NCBI GenBank assembly: GCA_018064825.1
Contig: JAGHUL010000041.1
Coordinates: forward strand, 465-64,464
Length of the DNA stretch: 64,000 nt
DNA from: Candidatus Colivicinus equi
GTDB lineage: Bacteria; Bacillota_I; Bacilli_A; Erysipelotrichales; Erysipelotrichaceae
Direction of reading: 5' to 3'
The number at the start of each line of letters is the position of its first letter. The first letter of the stretch is position 1. Below the pieces are notes generated by a model. The model worked only from the letters and a program-made list of their open reading frames with translations. It was not told the DNA's origin and made no database searches. Position numbers and translations under genes: made by a program. Of this stretch, positions 61,130 to 64,000 are shown in pieces.

Positions 61130-62217
61130 TAAAACTTAACCACCTTAAATAATTCTTTTAGTACTTCTTCCATTACATTAACAACAATAGAATTTCCTGC
61201 TTGTCTATATGCTGGTACATTAGGAACAACAATTTTATATTTATCACTAAATCCCATTAATCTCATACATTCTCTATAAGAAAGTTGACGGATAACACCC
61301 TTCTTTCCTTCGAATATTCCAACGTATGCTCTATCAAGGATTTCTTTATTATTTTTTACTTTATCGTATTCTTCAAATACAAAATCACCATTCCAATTAA
61401 ACTGTTGATTGGCTTTTTCTGTTTGAATGATATCTTTATTTACTCTTGCTCTATTTTTATATTTTGGATTAGTAACAAATTCAAATCCTTTTTTGCCAAG
61501 ATAATGTTTGGTTTCTACTTTCTTTTCTAGATAGTCAAACATTGTCTTATTTAATTTCTTAGGTTTAGGAAATTCAAATTCTACATTTTTGTCTTTGATG
61601 CCAACAACAAATAATCTTCTACGATCCTGCGGAATACCATAGTCTTTAGAATTTAATATTTGATATTTAACATTGTAGCCAAGTGATTCAAAAACATCTT
61701 TGATTATTTTCCACGTATTGCCTTTATCATGCATTAACATTCCAGGTACGTTTTCATATATAAATGCTTTGGGTTGTATTTCTTTAATCAACCTAGCATA
61801 CTCATAGAACAAAGTACCTCTTGTATCTTCCAAACCGCCACGTTTTCCAATAATAGAAAAGCTTTGACATGGAGACCCACCAATATATAGATCAACTTTG
61901 TCTTTATATTGTTTGCCGTCTAGGAATCTAATATCTGGATACCATCTATTTTCATCAATATCGTAGTTAGCAAAATAAGCTTGTTTTACATATTTAGGTT
62001 TCTTTGTGTTTGAATATAAATCATTTACATATTTCTTAATATCTTTATATTCCGATTTCTTGAAGTTTTCTTTAATTTCATCTAATGTTTCTTTTAGTTC
62101 TATTTCATCATTGTCACATGCAAAAACAATATCGTAATCGACATTTAATTTGTTTAACGCTTGTTCAGGAGCTCCGATGCCTGAAAAAACTGTTGCTATT
62201 TTAAGTTTCTTTTTCAT
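61129..62217 (-). CDS. DNA (cytosine-5)-methyltransferase, first of a tandem pair
   Basis: Motifs FSGIGA, GGSPCQSFS, ENV, QDRRR and GNS. It is a paralogue of the downstream methyltransferase, and its stop overlaps the next ATG. Confidence 0.9.
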   Translation of the reverse strand: MKKKLKIATVFSGIGAPEQALNKLNVDYDIVFACDNDEIELKETLDEIKENFKKSEYKDIKKYVNDLYSNTKKPKYVKQAYFANYDIDENRWYPDIRFLDGKQYKDKVDLYIGGSPCQSFSIIGKRGGLEDTRGTLFYEYARLIKEIQPKAFIYENVPGMLMHDKGNTWKIIKDVFESLGYNVKYQILNSKDYGIPQDRRRLFVVGIKDKNVEFEFPKPKKLNKTMFDYLEKKVETKHYLGKKGFEFVTNPKYKNRARVNKDIIQTEKANQQFNWNGDFVFEEYDKVKNNKEILDRAYVGIFEGKKGVIRQLSYRECMRLMGFSDKYKIVVPNVPAYRQAGNSIVVNVMEEVLKELFKVVKF

Positions 62218-62335
62218 AAGGCAATTATAGACTATAATTTTTTCTTTGTCTGCGTTTTGAAACTATCTTAATTATACCTTTTAACATATGCTCATTTCTA
62301 TGCTGAAATGATCTTCTGTCGCCTTTTTTGTCCAC

Positions 62336-62364
62336 AAAAACAAAAATGAGTAATTTTTACTCAT
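62336..62364 (-). terminator. Weak rho-independent terminator between the unknown ORF pair and the R-M operon
   Basis: On the minus strand it reads ATGAGTAA-aaa-TTACTCAT followed by TTTTTGTTTTTG. The stop codon of the 52-aa ORF lies inside the stem. Confidence 0.4.
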
Positions 62365-62515
62365 TTGATTGTCTTATAAAGAATTCTTTCTCTGGAACAG
62401 CTGATCCATACATACAATCAGGTAGCTCTAGATTGTTTGCTAGATCCCTAAATTCCTCATCAGTAATAATTGTGAAGTTCTTTTTAATATTTTTCTCACT
62501 ATATCCTTCTTTCAT
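62357..62515 (-). CDS. Hypothetical 52-aa protein, translationally coupled to the upstream ORF
   Basis: My translation is MKEGYSEKNIKKNFTIITDEEFRDLANNLELPDCMYGSAVPEKEFFIRQSNE*. The ATG overlaps the upstream TGA as ATGA. It is below the size cut-off of the ORF track. Confidence 0.35.
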   Translation of the reverse strand: MKEGYSEKNIKKNFTIITDEEFRDLANNLELPDCMYGSAVPEKEFFIRQSNE

Positions 62516-64000
62516 CTTTCATACTCCTTCCAAAATCTTCTCATGTCTGCAATTGCTTTATTTCTTTCTTTGTAGTCTTTTTCTATTTGTTCATATGTAA
62601 TGTCATATAGAAATTTAGATATTGATTTGTTTTCGTTCTTTGCAAGTGTTTTTATCATTTCAATAAATTCTTTGCTTGAAGTTATCTTTATTAATTTCAT
62701 TTTTGGTTTGATAACTTTATCTTGTAATTCTATTTTTTCAATAACATCATCAACGTATATTGTGTTTCTTGCTATATCGTTGTAGAAACTAATTTTAGAC
62801 TCGTAGCCAAACATTTTTGGTAGCTTTGAATAAATGCTCTTATCAACTTCTTCTTGGCCCTCATTTTCAATATTTTTTTTAATTTTGTAATAACCTTCTG
62901 GATAACCACTAATATCGTAGATATATGTTGCATCTTCATCAAACAATCTTGCGACTTTTCTTGTGCTATCTAAATAGAAATTAGAATCATAGAATCGATG
63001 ATGCTTTCTTGTTGCGTGCGCAATCGTCTCAATCATTTCTTCATTAGTTACAATTGTTGGAACAAAATCTAATTCACTTATTTTTCTAAGCATCATAATG
63101 TCATAAACAGGAATATAAGTTGCACTGATCTTCCATCTATCAACCAGTTCTCTTGCTGGATAGATATAATCATCTGATTCAATAAAATACTTTGGATTTG
63201 TTTTGAACAATTCTATTGATTCTTTATGCCATTTTTCTACAGTGTTGTTTATTAAATAATTAATTGTTAATACGCCGGCCATATTCCTTGGTGCTACATA
63301 GATATGTTTATAAATGCCACTATATGCATCAAATACGATTTTATAATCATCTTTAACTCCATAAAATTTTATGTCTGATTCTTTGTCTTTTTTGTACGCT
63401 AATGTTGCAGCCGGATTATCATCTTTTATTAATCCATTATCTTCACCAAGAGTCATAGTATAAACAAACGAGTTGCCATTAGCTATTACTATTGCTTGCG
63501 GGCTATTATGTACTGTTTCTTTGCCATTCATAGTTGTTTGACTTAGACCAAAAAGGGATCTATTTACATCTGTATGTATGGTTAACCTAGTTAGTGAAAA
63601 TAGAACTTCCTTTTCGCTGTTGTATTTAACTCTAAATAATCTATCATTACCTCTCTTACAAGAATAAATAACATAACAGTTTTTGTATGATATATATATT
63701 CCTATAAATTTTGATGTTCTTATTTTTGTTAGATCAATAAATTTAAAGTCTTCATTGTTTTTAAGAAAATCAATATATTCACTTTTTGAATAATAAATAC
63801 CTTTGTTTGATTCTTGTCGTAATTCTTTAAAGTATTTTGTATATATCTCTTCTAAAGTAGGTTTATCTTGTTTAAAGACTTTTACATCATTCATTGAAAA
63901 GAAAGTTAATACTGTATTTTCTTCTAACCTTCTTTTGATGGCTTTAATATCATTTGTTTGAAATTTCTTGATTCTATCATTCTTCTTTAATGATTTATCG
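62512..64000 (-). CDS. Uncharacterised large protein (at least ~495 aa, 5' end beyond window)
   Basis: The listed 460-aa ORF has no SD before its ATG at 63894. The frame stays open for a further 35 codons to the window edge (DKSLKKNDRIKKFQTNDIKAIKRRLEENTVLTFFS-M...). I recognise no catalytic motif. Confidence 0.5.
   Translation of the reverse strand, partial: DKSLKKNDRIKKFQTNDIKAIKRRLEENTVLTFFSMNDVKVFKQDKPTLEEIYTKYFKELRQESNKGIYYSKSEYIDFLKNNEDFKFIDLTKIRTSKFIGIYISYKNCYVIYSCKRGNDRLFRVKYNSEKEVLFSLTRLTIHTDVNRSLFGLSQTTMNGKETVHNSPQAIVIANGNSFVYTMTLGEDNGLIKDDNPAATLAYKKDKESDIKFYGVKDDYKIVFDAYSGIYKHIYVAPRNMAGVLTINYLINNTVEKWHKESIELFKTNPKYFIESDDYIYPARELVDRWKISATYIPVYDIMMLRKISELDFVPTIVTNEEMIETIAHATRKHHRFYDSNFYLDSTRKVARLFDEDATYIYDISGYPEGYYKIKKNIENEGQEEVDKSIYSKLPKMFGYESKISFYNDIARNTIYVDDVIEKIELQDKVIKPKMKLIKITSSKEFIEMIKTLAKNENKSISKFLYDITYEQIEKDYKERNKAIADMRRFWKEYER

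Noticed and set aside
62328-62600. 90-aa plus-strand ORF in the gap upstream of the methyltransferases
   Set aside because: It has a Phe/Ser/Leu-rich low-complexity product and lies antisense to the end of the large unknown ORF and to the coupled 52-aa ORF, which has better context (an ATGA overlap and a terminator).
1-64000. Scan for CRISPR arrays, rRNA, transposases, integrases and group II introns
   Set aside because: No regularly spaced direct repeats, rRNA-like segments, DDE or tyrosine-recombinase ORFs, or reverse-transcriptase ORFs were seen. All gaps larger than 150 bp were inspected individually.

Overview
AT-rich, low-GC Bacillota-type chromosomal segment, densely coded with about 58 supported CDS, one tRNA and one T-box leader. 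Positions 1-55.7 kb are ordinary core and carbohydrate metabolism. They hold an aminotransferase/aldolase/FGGY-kinase operon, a MarR-linked heterodimeric ABC exporter, and coaX-maf-tRNA-Thr. A LacI-controlled alpha-glucoside locus follows (ABC importer, GH31, beta-phosphoglucomutase, GH65 phosphorylase), then an L-rhamnose operon (rhaBMAD) and an EtfAB/FAD-lactate dehydrogenase cluster. Next come a 5TMR-LYT/PP2C sensor phosphatase, ispE, an N-terminally extended prs, nagA-tsaC-rsmA and a giant MacB-type ABC protein. The core section ends with an Arg-type T-box controlling an amino-acid ABC importer beside arginine deiminase, and a PTS EIICBA. The last ~8 kb (55.7-64 kb) is visibly more AT-rich and reads as a defence island. 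It contains an HTH-fused MntA/HepT (type VII) toxin-antitoxin pair with a triple palindromic operator. It also contains a four-gene LlaJI-like restriction-modification operon (two C5-cytosine methyltransferases plus McrB-like and McrC-like subunits). Directly upstream lies an uncharacterised large ORF that runs off the window end, translationally coupled to a 52-aa ORF. That pair is the best candidate here for something undescribed. A second oddity is a stand-alone double-glycine-leader bacteriocin-like peptide ORF (23.5-23.7 kb). It has its own terminator but no usable start codon. No rRNA, CRISPR array, transposase or integrase was seen.
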